The notes under the pieces: generated by a model | Told to the model about the DNA's origin: nothing | Database searches by the model: none | What the model saw: the letters and a program-made list of their open reading frames with translations, nothing else | Assembly (NCBI GenBank): GCA_035765895.1 | Contig: DASTWL010000014.1 | Location: forward strand, 16,804 to 80,803 | DNA: 64,000 nt | Direction of reading: 5' to 3' | Source: Verrucomicrobiia bacterium | Lineage (GTDB): Bacteria > Verrucomicrobiota > Verrucomicrobiia > Limisphaerales > DSYF01 | Shown: one piece after another, positions 1 to 9,594 of the stretch | Layout: every line of letters starts with the position of its first letter | Numbering within the stretch: position 1 is the first letter of the stretch | Program-made: the position numbers and the translations under genes

Positions 1-45
1 ACCGCCACCGAAGCGTCTTGGGCGCGTGCCGGCCCCTTTCCGGGC

Positions 46-3000
46 TTAAGGAATCGAAATCCGGAAGAAGCGGCGGAGGTCGTCCGACGGGATGGCCCAG
101 TTCAGCGAGACCGGATCAAAGCCAAACGTGCCGGTGCGTTCCACGGTCCAGTCGGCCAGTGGCAAAGCCAGATTGGTGCTGGCCAAAATGGAATAACTCT
201 GTCCCGCCGCGCCGCTGAAGCAGAAATTGAATTCGCGGCTGCCGGACAGGCCGGCGCCCTGGACGGCCGGTGCGGGCACTTCCGGCGCCGGCGCCGTCGG
301 CACCACGGCCGACCAGCTGGTGCCCAGGCCAATGGCGCCGTAATCAAATTGTTTGCCGCTGTAACCGCCGCGCAAAAAAAACCGGTCGAAACTGAAATCG
401 CCGGAAACGCCGCCGAGGTAGGTCGTCGCGGAACTTTGACTGTTCTCGCCAGCGGTCGTGTCGGGATCAAGCCACACGGTCAGGGTGTCGTCGGCATTGG
501 CGTGGTAATCAATCCGCGCCACGAGCAAATGCACCTGCGCATCCACAAAAAGGTAATTGCCGCTGTGGTTGACGAGGTCCGCCGAGGTGCTGGTGGCGGG
601 CGACCAAAGGCTGAACGCCCAGGCGGATGAACTGTTGCCGATCAAAACTCCCGTGGTGTCATCGCTGCGGCTCAATTGCAGTCCGCCGTAGGCACCGTTT
701 CCGGTATCAAAATGCGCGCGAATCAGAAATCGCAGGTAGAGCGTGCCGCTGATGTTCCCACCGCCGATGGTGCCGCTGGCCGAATCCAGGAGCCCGGCGT
801 CCGCGAACGGTCCGCCGGCGGACAGGTCGGGCAATGCCTCCAAGTTGGAGCCGTCGCCCTTGACGGTGACCGTCCCGCCGGAGGAGTGGAGCAATGGCGA
901 GGTCAGCCCCGGAAAGGAAACGGTTGCCGCATCGGAAACACTCGCGCCAAAAGCATTGTCGAGCCCGAGCCATGAGCCGCCGGTGGCAAAACCGGTGCCA
1001 TGAAAGGCTGTTCCCGGAAGATTGCCCGCCGCGTAATTGCCGAAATTGTCTTCCAACAGAATCTGGCCGGCCGCCCATCCCGAAGCCGGAAAAACGGTCA
1101 GGCTAAACTGGGCGCTGGCGGTGTTGGCGCCATCGGTCACGGTCAACGTCACCGTGCTGCGGCCGGTGCCGCCGGGACTGGGTGTGAGCGTGACGGTGCG
1201 GCCGGCGCCCGTGCCGTCGATCACAATGTTTTGCGTGGTCAGCAGGTTGGTGTTGCTGGACGACGCGATGACGGTGAGCGGATTGCCGCCGGTTGAACTC
1301 ACCGTAAACGGAATGGCCGGGGTCGGCGTGGACGCAGCGGTGGTCTGGTTGGGCACCGTGGAAATGCCGACGGTGTTGTTGAGCGTCAGGTTGGAGAAAA
1401 CCGCCTGGTTGTAATGGGTGTCATCCACGGCATTGGTGGCAGCGATAGCCGCCGTGACAGCCAAACCCACGTAGGCCTGCGCATTGAATCCCGGAATGCT
1501 CACCGCCGCCACCTGGGTCCACTGCGCGCCGCTCGTGGAGGCGTAGGCGATGAAGCTGTCGCCCGTGCGCAGCAAGCGCAACCAGCATGGCGCCGTGAAT
1601 CCGGAGATGGTCGTGGTTTGTGCCGCCGCACCGGCGGTGGACCGGCTTTGAAACACCAGATGATTGTCGGCGGTCAGGGCAATCACGGCGTTGCGCGCGG
1701 TGGCGTCCAGACCTTCGCTGAACAGGATGCCGGCTTCCGCACCCGCGCTGGCGGATGGTTGGCCGGTCAGGCGCACCACCAATTGGGCATTGCTGACGCA
1801 GGGCTGATAAAGATAGTGAAAACCGTCGTTGGTGCCGCCGATGCCCGCGCCGCCGCCGCGCACGAGCCAGACGGCATTGGACGACGTGGACGCGCCCTCA
1901 ATGACGTTGCCGCTGGCACCGACACAGCCGATGTCACCGGAGGTCCACGGGCTGGAAGCCGAAGCGAACGTGGCGACCAGCACATTGCTCGTCAGCACGG
2001 AACTTTCCGGCAAAGTCACTTCAAAGACATCGGCATCCGGCGCGCCGTTGGCCGCCCCGAGCGGCATCGCCGTGGTGTTTTTCACGCGCCGCATGACCGG
2101 GCCGATGGGCTGGCCGTTCAGCGTGACTTGTGCCGGGGCAAGGTCATCCGGCCAGTGGGGCGGACGATGCAGCCGCGCCACCCATGAACGTTGGGTGAGC
2201 GCACCGGTGAAGGTGCCGGCGGCCGGAGCAATCGCAACGGAAACGGTTTTCGCCGCGTCATCCGCCCACGTTTTGAGGGTGGTGGTGCGGAACTGACCCG
2301 CTTGGTAAGCCGTGGTCAGGGTGTCATCCTCGTAAAGCGTCGTCTGGTCGGTTTCCGTGGTGCTCGGATACACGTCCAGCGTGACAGGATCCCAGGGCAA
2401 CTGCCCGGTGTATTCCATTTGCGGCGCGAGCGCAAAGATCGAACCGGAACGGATGAACAAGGGGATCTGGCCGAGCGGGGCGTCCACGGCGGCGGTGGCC
2501 GGGCCGTTCACGGTGGCGCCGGTCCAGGCATTGATCCATTTGCCCGGCGGAACCCAAAGGGTCCGGGACGGATTTGCCCCGAGCGATTGCAACGCAATCA
2601 CGTCTTTGCCGCCCAACTGCAAATACTCGAGGCGCAGCGAGCAGGTTTGGCCGGCTTTTAGGATGCTGCTGGACGTCGTGGTGACGGAGTCATTGGGGCC
2701 CCAATTGTCGATGCAAAGCTGGTTGTCCACCCAGACGCGCACGCCGTCGTCGGACAACGCGGCCAAATGCACGTCGCCGGCTCCGGGCGGGATGGTGAGG
2801 TTGCCAATCCACCGCACGGTGAAATTTTGCGCCGGCACGGAACCGCCGGGGCTGCCGCTGTTCCAATTGAAATCAAGGTTGGGATCCACCCGCGTCAACG
2901 TGGGCGCGCCGCTCAGGTTCGTGCTGGAAAAATAGGCGGCGTTCAGCCCAGGCTGGCCGTTTGTCGTGGTCAGCCACGACGACGGAATGGTGGTCGCGCC

Positions 3001-4569
3001 GCTGTCAATCATTGGGGCCACCAGCAGCGAATGGCCGATCAGGTATTGGTCCTCGCGGCTGGCGTCCGCGTATTGGGGGTAATCCAGATCCAAACGCCGG
3101 AGCAACGGTTCGCCCGTTTCATAATTCTCGTGCGCCGCGGCGTAGAACACCGGCAGCAGCCGATAGCGTAGGTTGAGCAGGCGCCGCGCCGTCCATTCGG
3201 CCTCCGGCCCAAAGGTCCACGGCATGCGCGTCAGGTTGTAGGTGCAATGCGGACGGTAGATGGGCGAGAGCGCGCCATATTCAATCCAGCGGATGTAACC
3301 TTCCGGAGTCGGATTGCTGGTGTGCCCGCCGAGATCGTCGCTTTCGTAGGGGAACAACGCTTGCACGCCCGAGTGAACGGCGTTTTGCACGGCGTATCGC
3401 AGATAGGTTGAGGAAGGGCCGATGTCGCCGGTCCATTGAATGGGATAGGTGTGCGCCGCGACGTTCATTGGCCGGTTGCGGACGCCGTTGTCGATGCCGT
3501 CAATGTTGGCCATGATCATCGGCCGCAAGGACGCGTTGGTGGCGTCCGTGGCGTCATGATAAACCCGCATCCCCCACACTTCGTGGCGCAAATTGGGCGA
3601 GGGCGACAACAAGCTGACGCCCCAGTTGCGGTCATACCACCAGACGTCCAATCCTTCGCCGAGCAGTTGTGTCAGGTTGGTGTAGCGATAAGTGACTTCC
3701 ACCGGATCCAGCGCATTCGCAGCCACCGGTTCGGGATGATCGTTGAACATCACGCGGACGTTGGCGGCGTGCGCTTCGGAAAGGAAACGCGGCATGTCGG
3801 GAAAGAAATTGGAATTGGGCTGGTAACCGGTGGAGGCGTTCACGCGCCAGCCCGTGTCGCAAACCAGCGCATCCAGCGGAATGGAACGCGAACGGTAGGC
3901 GGCAATCTGGTCCAGTGCTGTGGATTCGGTGTAATCATACCAGCGGCTGTCCCAGCAGCCGAACGCCCAGAGCGGAATCATGCCCGTGTGGCCGGTCAGT
4001 TTGAGAAAATCACTGCGCAACTGTTGGTAGCTGCCGTTGGGCACAAACACATAAACGTCGGGGGCATCGTTGTTCGTGTCCCAGCCGCTCGTGGACGCGA
4101 GCGGCGCGCCGGGTGGAGCGGGAGTTATGCCCCAGCCTGGCGGCATCAGACGTGGCGAATCGGCAAACGACCAGGACGCTGGTTTCTCCGCCGGCCCCGG
4201 CAGCCAGACGCTGTTGTTCAGGCTGCCGTCATACGTGAAGTTGGTCTGCCCGCCCGGCGACGTCAGGTAAATGCCGCTCAAGGACGTCGCGCCAGAGGGG
4301 ACATGCACCGTGTAGTTCGGCGTGGAGATCAGCACCTGCCCGGCTCCGAGATTGGTGGTGCTGGCGGTGCCCGGCCAGTCGCGGCTCACCACGTGAAACG
4401 TGGGACGGTCTTCAAATCCCTCCGGCCCCATCACCTCCAGCCGGACGAGGTTGCTGGACAGGCATTGAACACGGACGGAGCCGACAACCACGCTGTCGCC
4501 GGCGATGAGGTTCTGGCTGATGAGCCCAAGATTAACAACGGCAAACAGGGCAACGGTGGCAACTTTCAT
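46..4569 (-). CDS. Secreted glycoside hydrolase family 31 (alpha-glucosidase/alpha-xylosidase-like) with a PA14 insert, a C-terminal jelly-roll (TLY..WLDPD) domain and a terminal FYR-type module
   Basis: 1507-aa ORF with signal peptide MKVATVALFAVVNLGLISQNLIAG. GH31-like motifs VWWYDRNWG, IQWTGDIG and ESDDLGGH. PA14-like stretch GLNAAYFSSTNLSG..FTVRWIGNL..DDGVRVWVDNQLCIDNW. Tail contains GTLYLRF..TVWLDPD..FDRFFLRGG and ends RRFFRISIP. Confidence 0.8.
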   Translation of the reverse strand: MKVATVALFAVVNLGLISQNLIAGDSVVVGSVRVQCLSSNLVRLEVMGPEGFEDRPTFHVVSRDWPGTASTTNLGAGQVLISTPNYTVHVPSGATSLSGIYLTSPGGQTNFTYDGSLNNSVWLPGPAEKPASWSFADSPRLMPPGWGITPAPPGAPLASTSGWDTNNDAPDVYVFVPNGSYQQLRSDFLKLTGHTGMIPLWAFGCWDSRWYDYTESTALDQIAAYRSRSIPLDALVCDTGWRVNASTGYQPNSNFFPDMPRFLSEAHAANVRVMFNDHPEPVAANALDPVEVTYRYTNLTQLLGEGLDVWWYDRNWGVSLLSPSPNLRHEVWGMRVYHDATDATNASLRPMIMANIDGIDNGVRNRPMNVAAHTYPIQWTGDIGPSSTYLRYAVQNAVHSGVQALFPYESDDLGGHTSNPTPEGYIRWIEYGALSPIYRPHCTYNLTRMPWTFGPEAEWTARRLLNLRYRLLPVFYAAAHENYETGEPLLRRLDLDYPQYADASREDQYLIGHSLLVAPMIDSGATTIPSSWLTTTNGQPGLNAAYFSSTNLSGAPTLTRVDPNLDFNWNSGSPGGSVPAQNFTVRWIGNLTIPPGAGDVHLAALSDDGVRVWVDNQLCIDNWGPNDSVTTTSSSILKAGQTCSLRLEYLQLGGKDVIALQSLGANPSRTLWVPPGKWINAWTGATVNGPATAAVDAPLGQIPLFIRSGSIFALAPQMEYTGQLPWDPVTLDVYPSTTETDQTTLYEDDTLTTAYQAGQFRTTTLKTWADDAAKTVSVAIAPAAGTFTGALTQRSWVARLHRPPHWPDDLAPAQVTLNGQPIGPVMRRVKNTTAMPLGAANGAPDADVFEVTLPESSVLTSNVLVATFASASSPWTSGDIGCVGASGNVIEGASTSSNAVWLVRGGGAGIGGTNDGFHYLYQPCVSNAQLVVRLTGQPSASAGAEAGILFSEGLDATARNAVIALTADNHLVFQSRSTAGAAAQTTTISGFTAPCWLRLLRTGDSFIAYASTSGAQWTQVAAVSIPGFNAQAYVGLAVTAAIAATNAVDDTHYNQAVFSNLTLNNTVGISTVPNQTTAASTPTPAIPFTVSSTGGNPLTVIASSSNTNLLTTQNIVIDGTGAGRTVTLTPSPGGTGRSTVTLTVTDGANTASAQFSLTVFPASGWAAGQILLEDNFGNYAAGNLPGTAFHGTGFATGGSWLGLDNAFGASVSDAATVSFPGLTSPLLHSSGGTVTVKGDGSNLEALPDLSAGGPFADAGLLDSASGTIGGGNISGTLYLRFLIRAHFDTGNGAYGGLQLSRSDDTTGVLIGNSSSAWAFSLWSPATSTSADLVNHSGNYLFVDAQVHLLVARIDYHANADDTLTVWLDPDTTAGENSQSSATTYLGGVSGDFSFDRFFLRGGYSGKQFDYGAIGLGTSWSAVVPTAPAPEVPAPAVQGAGLSGSREFNFCFSGAAGQSYSILASTNLALPLADWTVERTGTFGFDPVSLNWAIPSDDLRRFFRISIP

Positions 4570-4670
4570 GTTATGGATCGATCGGACATTTCCCCGGTGC
4601 GGGGACTAAATGGAAAACGGCAAAAATGGTTCCGGCAAAATCACGGCAAACGGCGGACGGGGAAATCGCG

Positions 4671-5588
4671 TCACGGATTGATGTCCGTCGCAAAGTGGCT
4701 GGCCACGTAATACAGGTCTTCCTTGTCCGCGTTGGCCAGGGCACCGGCGCTCGAGGCGCCGCCAATGTTGTAATACTTGGAGGGACTCAGGCTGTTGGCA
4801 AAATTGATGACCAGTTGATTAACCCACTTGTGGGATTCCGCATGCCCATCGGCAAAGCTGAACGTGCTGTTGGCCCCGTGAAACGCCGCCGGCGAGTCAA
4901 CCCATTGGGCGGTAAAAAACGGCGAGGGGCCAATGTCCGGTCCGCCGGGCTTCATGTCCCACGCATGCTGGTTTTCGATGTAGGTCGCGCCCCCCAACGA
5001 CTGGGAAGCACATTCCTCCACCCACAAGAACCGGTCGCTCGCGTGCATCAGCTGGGATTCCTTGCTGATGGTTCCCAAGTGGCTGCCCGGAAAGGCGGTG
5101 CTGTCGCCGCCCACAAAGCCGCCGGCGCCCGAGTAGCTGTCCCAACAATACTGCGGCAAACTCTTCCGCACATCCCCGGGGCAATGCAGGACATCAGCGT
5201 TGGGCGCATAGGGATACAGCGGGCCGATTTTGTAGCCCTCCCGAAAACGCCATTGGATGGCGTCCTGACCCGAAAGGCTGGCGGGCGGCGTGGTGGGAAC
5301 CAAATCGGCCTCCACCCGCCAGTTCGCCGGGTTGGCGCCCGGGATCGTGCTGAAACCCACCACCCGGCCGGCATTGTCACTCACATACATCGTCCACGCC
5401 AGGGCCAGTTGTTTCTGGTTGCTCAGACACGTTGCCTGGGTTGCCCGTTTCTTTGCGGCTGACAACGCCGGCAGCAGCAGCGCCGCCAGAATGGCAATGA
5501 TGGCGATGACCACCAACAGTTCAATCAGCGTGAACCCGGCGCGCGTCCGGGCGGATTGACGGACCCTGGTTTTCCGCCGAAAGACCAT
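4671..5588 (-). CDS. Prepilin-type N-terminal cleavage/methylation domain protein with C-terminal H-X9-DG motif (pseudopilin-like)
   Basis: [25 protein letters not shown] prepilin signature. [14 protein letters not shown] fits H-X9-DG. The start was moved to the ATG at 5588 (MVFRRKTRV), which places the pilin motif near the N-terminus; the ORF track starts at 5714. Confidence 0.85.
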   Translation of the reverse strand: MVFRRKTRVRQSARTRAGFTLIELLVVIAIIAILAALLLPALSAAKKRATQATCLSNQKQLALAWTMYVSDNAGRVVGFSTIPGANPANWRVEADLVPTTPPASLSGQDAIQWRFREGYKIGPLYPYAPNADVLHCPGDVRKSLPQYCWDSYSGAGGFVGGDSTAFPGSHLGTISKESQLMHASDRFLWVEECASQSLGGATYIENQHAWDMKPGGPDIGPSPFFTAQWVDSPAAFHGANSTFSFADGHAESHKWVNQLVINFANSLSPSKYYNIGGASSAGALANADKEDLYYVASHFATDINP

Positions 5589-5641
5589 GATTTCTTCGAT
5601 GTAGATTTTCAACTTGTTCGTCCCGATTGAGGTTGCAAAGG

Positions 5642-5670
5642 CTGGCGGGGCCACCCCGGGACCCCGCCAG
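5642..5670 (-). terminator. GC-rich hairpin between the 1179-aa gene stop and the H-X9-DG gene start (possible terminator/attenuator)
   Basis: ctggcgggg (5642-5650) is the exact reverse complement of ccccgccag (5662-5670), giving a 9-bp stem with an 11-nt loop. Only a weak U tract (CCUUUGC) follows on the minus strand. Confidence 0.4.
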
Positions 5671-5720
5671 CTGTCCATGGCGCGCTGTTCCTTCAAGCCG
5701 CGGCCCGTTCCCAATGATTG

Positions 5721-8700
5721 CTACTGGCGCAGGCGATAAAATTCCGCCGCATTGGTGGTGGACAAAGGCTGCGGGTTGGATTGATTTGCCTTGTCGGTCC
5801 AGGGTCCGCTTACCGCAGGCGCACTTTGCAGCGTGCCGTCGCCGGTCCAGGAAAGCTGCCCGTTCTGGATGCTCAACCGTCCCGGTGGCACGACCGCGGG
5901 GAAGCCAAGGTCCTGCGCGGAGGCCGCGACGACCACGTTGGTAAACTCGGCAAAGGTCGATCCGTTGCCGCAACGCAGCCGGATGTTGTTGAACGTATTG
6001 TTCATGGAGACCGTCAACGGCGATTGCGGTTGGTTGGCCAGACTCTTGGAGAAGTCGGGATCCAGCCAGATGGACTCGGCCGTGGGGCCGTTGGAGGCAT
6101 ACACGCTCTTGATCACGAACGTATGCCATTCGCCCGGCACGATGGGCGTAATGGGCAACACATCGGGCTCACCCGCCTCCTTGGCATCCGCACTCCAATT
6201 CGTGGACAGCCAGGCGTTGCCGACCAGCAATCGTTCGCTGTTGTCCTGGAAGAAATGCAGGCCGCCAAAGGAGCCGCCGGCGTTGGGATCAGTTTGTGGG
6301 AAGTCGTAAAACACCATGCTGAACCGCGCGTAAAGCGTGTTCGTGGACGCGGGGCCGAAATTGCCGTTGAGCCAGCCGTTCTGCGAATCCCACAAGGTCA
6401 CGTATGAGCCTTCGTAAACATCGAACGGCCCATCCAATTTTACCGGCAGCGTGGGATACGAATCCGCCGTAAAGGACCACGTCGCGTAATACGGCGTGTT
6501 GTTCGAGTCCGTCAAACTGACTTGCACCGTGTGCGCCGATCCCGGCGTGAAGGCACTGGGCGGCTGGTAACTCATCGAGATGGAGCTGGCCGTGACGGTG
6601 AAGCTCGGGTCCACCGGATTGCCATCCAAAGTCATGACGACCGTGTTGGTGCCGATGCCGTAGGAGCCGAACAACACATCCACACCCACGGGCGTGGACA
6701 CCGGCGCGGACGAGGCGTTGACGGCAGGAACATAGTTTTGAAATACCGGATCCATCGAGGGGGCGAAGCCAACCCCGTCCGAAGTCGCCGCCACCAAGAT
6801 GTTGGAATACAGGGCGCTGGCCGGCGCGAAGCCCGCACGCAGACGGATGTTGTTGAACGCATTGTTGCAGGAAAGCTCCAGCGGGGGATTGGGTTGGGCG
6901 GCTTCAGTCTGGCCAAAGTCCGGGTCCAGCCAAACTTTAACCGTGGCATTGCCGCCGCCGGCCGGATAATCCGCGCGCACGACAAACGTGTGCCATTCAT
7001 TGGTCGCAAAAGGTATGTAGGGAGGAATGTCCGTGTCGGGAACCGCCGCCGCCACGCTCCAGTTGGCGGTGCCACCACCCTTGCCGGTCAGCAACCGCTC
7101 GGTGTTGTCCTGGAAAAATTGCAGGCCGCCCCAGGTGGGACCGGGTGGATTCAGATTAACAAAGTCCGCGCTGAAACGGACATACAGCGTTTTCGCAAGC
7201 GTCCCCTGATAATTGGTCCCGATCCAGGGATCGTTGGTCGCGGCGAAAATGACGGTGTCCACATTGTTGCTGGCGGCAAACGTCCGGTTCAGCGCGATCG
7301 GCAGGGCGGCGAAACCGGTCGTAAAAGTCCACGTGTTCGTGAACGAACTGCTGTTCGCATCCGTGACCACCAGTTGAACGGTGTGCAGCGTGCCCGAACT
7401 CAGGGGCGTCGAGGGTTGGTAACTGATCCCGAGGATGCTCGGGGAAATCGCGCTCGTGTCCGGCGTGACAGCGCTGCCGCCATCAATGCGGAGCGAGGCG
7501 GACTGGATGGGGTAACCGCCCACGAGCACCTGCGCGCCGATGCTGGTATTGGTGGCGATGTCAAACGATCCCGGCGCCGGAAGCTGCGCCTGGAATTGCG
7601 GTGCCACCGAAGGTGGAAATCCCACGTCGGTCGGTTGCGCGCCCACGATGATGTTGGTCCACGTGGCGCTGGCCGTGCCATTGCCGCAGCGGAGCCGGAC
7701 GTTGTTGAAACTGACATCCGCGCTCAGCGTGACCACATTTGTCTGCGCTTCCTGCGGTTGGCTGAAATCGGGATCCAGCCAGATTTTCACGCTGTCGTTG
7801 CCATTGGTCTGAAAGTCGATGCGCTCGACGATGGTATGCCATTCGCCCAACACCACGGGCGTCAGTGGATTGAGATTCATCTGCAGGCCGCCCGCATCCA
7901 GGCTCCAGTTGGTGGAAACCCACGCGTTGCCGGCGATCAGCTTTTGCGCATTGTCCTGCATGAAATGCAAACCGCCGTAACCGCCGCCATTGCCGGTTTC
8001 GCCATTCAGGTCATTGAAGACCATGCTGTATCGGGCATAAAGAGTCCGGACGGAGTTGGTGTCATAGTTGGTGCCCAGCCAGGCTTCACCGGCGGCTGTA
8101 AGAATCGTCAGATCATTGCCACCGCCCGTGGTCAGCGGTCCGGCCAGCGCCACCGGCAATGCCGCGTAGCCCGTGGTAAAGCTCCACGTGTTGGTGTAGG
8201 AAACCGTGTTGTCGTCCTGCACGATCACCCGAACCGTGTGCGTCGTGCCATAGTCAAATGTCGAGACCGGCGTGTAACTGATGCCCATGAGACTCGAACT
8301 GCCGGTGACGGTGGGCGTGACCGCATTGCCGTCGAGCGAGAACGACACGGACGCCAAATTCAGCGGCACACCGCCGGAGGCCACATTCAGGCTGATCGTG
8401 GCGTTCGTCGCCACGCTCAGAGCACCCGCCCCGGGCGAAAGCGCCTGAAACGACGGTGGCGTGGCGGAAATAATCGTCAGCCGGTCAAACTGATAATCCT
8501 GGCCGTTGCCAGGCGAGGTGCCGGCATTGCGCCGGATGAAGGCCGACTGGGCGATGGGCGCATTCGCGATGGTCCCGGTGAAACTGGCCCCAGTGGCCAG
8601 ATCGGTGAACGTATAAGTCGTGGCACTGTTCAAGGTGAACTTGTAGGTGACAAATTGCTGGTAGGCATACTGAAAGTTGGTCGCCACCCCCACGCTCGTG

Positions 8701-9182
8701 GTGGCATCGCTATACCAGCCATTCAAATTGTCGCCGCCCAGATGCCAGTAGCTGAACAAAATGTTTCCGCCTGCGTCTTCGAGCGCAAAACGGTTCGTGG
8801 TATTCCCGTTGTCCAAACTGTTCAAACGCAAGGCCACCAGAAAGGAATCTCCCGGCGAGAGGGGCGTGTTGAAAGGACGGATCGCCTCGGTGCCGTTGTT
8901 GGCCGAGGTGTTCCACAAATCAAATGAGTAACCACTCGGGCCGTTGTTTTGAATGAACGCGCCGCCCGTGCCCGTCACGGTAAAGGTCCAGGGGCCGAAG
9001 CCGTAGCCGCCGTTCTGGCCGCCCGTGCCCAATCCGTTGGGTGCGCCCAGTCCGGTGTAGGCAGGATCAGAGGCCTGATCAAAGGCATTGGTGGTTTGGG
9101 CGGAAGCCTGGTTCATGGCCAGCCAGGTCGTGACCAGGGCAGCCATCATCAGCGATGTCTTGCAGTGGGTTCGTTGTTTCAT
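5721..9182 (-). CDS. Large secreted protein: N-terminal domain, three tandem [Ig-like + TLY..WLDPD jelly-roll] modules, terminal FYR-type module
   Basis: Signal peptide MKQRTHCKTSLMMAALVTTWLAMNQASA if the start is the ATG at 9182. Repeated motifs in each module: NTW(S/T)FTTG, TLYARFSMVF, GGLHFFQDN, IWLDPDF, FNNIRLRCGNG. Ends AAEFYRLRQ. Confidence 0.8.
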   Translation of the reverse strand: MKQRTHCKTSLMMAALVTTWLAMNQASAQTTNAFDQASDPAYTGLGAPNGLGTGGQNGGYGFGPWTFTVTGTGGAFIQNNGPSGYSFDLWNTSANNGTEAIRPFNTPLSPGDSFLVALRLNSLDNGNTTNRFALEDAGGNILFSYWHLGGDNLNGWYSDATTSVGVATNFQYAYQQFVTYKFTLNSATTYTFTDLATGASFTGTIANAPIAQSAFIRRNAGTSPGNGQDYQFDRLTIISATPPSFQALSPGAGALSVATNATISLNVASGGVPLNLASVSFSLDGNAVTPTVTGSSSLMGISYTPVSTFDYGTTHTVRVIVQDDNTVSYTNTWSFTTGYAALPVALAGPLTTGGGNDLTILTAAGEAWLGTNYDTNSVRTLYARYSMVFNDLNGETGNGGGYGGLHFMQDNAQKLIAGNAWVSTNWSLDAGGLQMNLNPLTPVVLGEWHTIVERIDFQTNGNDSVKIWLDPDFSQPQEAQTNVVTLSADVSFNNVRLRCGNGTASATWTNIIVGAQPTDVGFPPSVAPQFQAQLPAPGSFDIATNTSIGAQVLVGGYPIQSASLRIDGGSAVTPDTSAISPSILGISYQPSTPLSSGTLHTVQLVVTDANSSSFTNTWTFTTGFAALPIALNRTFAASNNVDTVIFAATNDPWIGTNYQGTLAKTLYVRFSADFVNLNPPGPTWGGLQFFQDNTERLLTGKGGGTANWSVAAAVPDTDIPPYIPFATNEWHTFVVRADYPAGGGNATVKVWLDPDFGQTEAAQPNPPLELSCNNAFNNIRLRAGFAPASALYSNILVAATSDGVGFAPSMDPVFQNYVPAVNASSAPVSTPVGVDVLFGSYGIGTNTVVMTLDGNPVDPSFTVTASSISMSYQPPSAFTPGSAHTVQVSLTDSNNTPYYATWSFTADSYPTLPVKLDGPFDVYEGSYVTLWDSQNGWLNGNFGPASTNTLYARFSMVFYDFPQTDPNAGGSFGGLHFFQDNSERLLVGNAWLSTNWSADAKEAGEPDVLPITPIVPGEWHTFVIKSVYASNGPTAESIWLDPDFSKSLANQPQSPLTVSMNNTFNNIRLRCGNGSTFAEFTNVVVAASAQDLGFPAVVPPGRLSIQNGQLSWTGDGTLQSAPAVSGPWTDKANQSNPQPLSTTNAAEFYRLRQ
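5877..8447 (-). repeat. Three tandem coding repeats of about 855 nt (285, 284 and 288 aa modules) inside the 5721-9182 gene
   Basis: Module boundaries counted from the translation: 7593-8447, 6741-7592 and 5877-6740. Each module starts Q(A/N).. and ends ..GF(P/A)PS/PAV. The motif order is conserved, but the repeats are diverged at the DNA level. Confidence 0.8.
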
Positions 9183-9448
9183 AGGGGTTTGTGTCAGCTT
9201 GTCGGCGTTTGCGTTCCCGCTTGAGGGAAAATGAACCAATAATTTCAGATTGGTGACCAATCCGTGGTGGTGGCGCTGCGATCACCAACCTCGCGCGACC
9301 ATTCGACCGGGGAGCCGCTCGCACGGCGGTCCGCAACGAAATCGGCCCGGCGCCGTCAGACGTCTTCGAACCACTTGTCACCGTGGCCGACGTCGAGAGA
9401 CCGCTTACGAGAATGGGCTAAAAATAGAGCCGCAGTTGGAACGGACAA

Positions 9449-9466
9449 TACCCATGAACGTGGGTA
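9449..9466 (-). promoter_or_regulatory. Candidate NarL/LuxR-type operator: TACCCA-N6-TGGGTA inverted repeat upstream of the 1179-aa gene
   Basis: The plus strand reads ACAATACCCATGAACGTGGGTA. TACCCAT matches the E. coli NarL heptamer TACYYMT. The half sites TACCCA and TGGGTA are exact reverse complements. It lies 267-284 nt upstream of the start at 9182. The left half plus flank recurs at 10454-10469. Confidence 0.45.
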
Positions 9467-9530
9467 GTCAGCCTTCGCGCCCGCGCGACCGGAGAGGCGG
9501 GCGTCAATTCAATTTGCGCATCGAATGGAC

Positions 9531-9568
9531 GGACAACAAACCCGGCATTCACCTCAACGAATGCCGGG
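9531..9568 (-). terminator. Rho-independent terminator after the PEP-CTERM gene
   Basis: 10-bp stem cccggcattc / gaatgccggg (9541-9550 / 9559-9568) with an 8-nt loop, followed on the minus strand by UUUGUUGU. It starts 27 nt after the stop at 9595. Confidence 0.7.
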
Positions 9569-9594
9569 GAGTCGTTCATCACGAGCCAATAAAC

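Noticed and set aside
6522-8927. 801-aa plus-strand ORF, and similar long ORFs at 3436-4710, 12229-13473, 12954-14009, 21324-22526, 23801-25114, 25911-26966, 28040-29335, 36666-38048, 43099-44256, 44799-46178, 49228-50415, 51856-53601, 53673-54968 and 56620-57807
   Set aside because: All lie opposite or out of frame to genes with clear family signatures. They have Arg/Gly/Ala/Pro/His-dominated composition typical of non-coding frames in high-GC DNA and carry no recognisable motifs.
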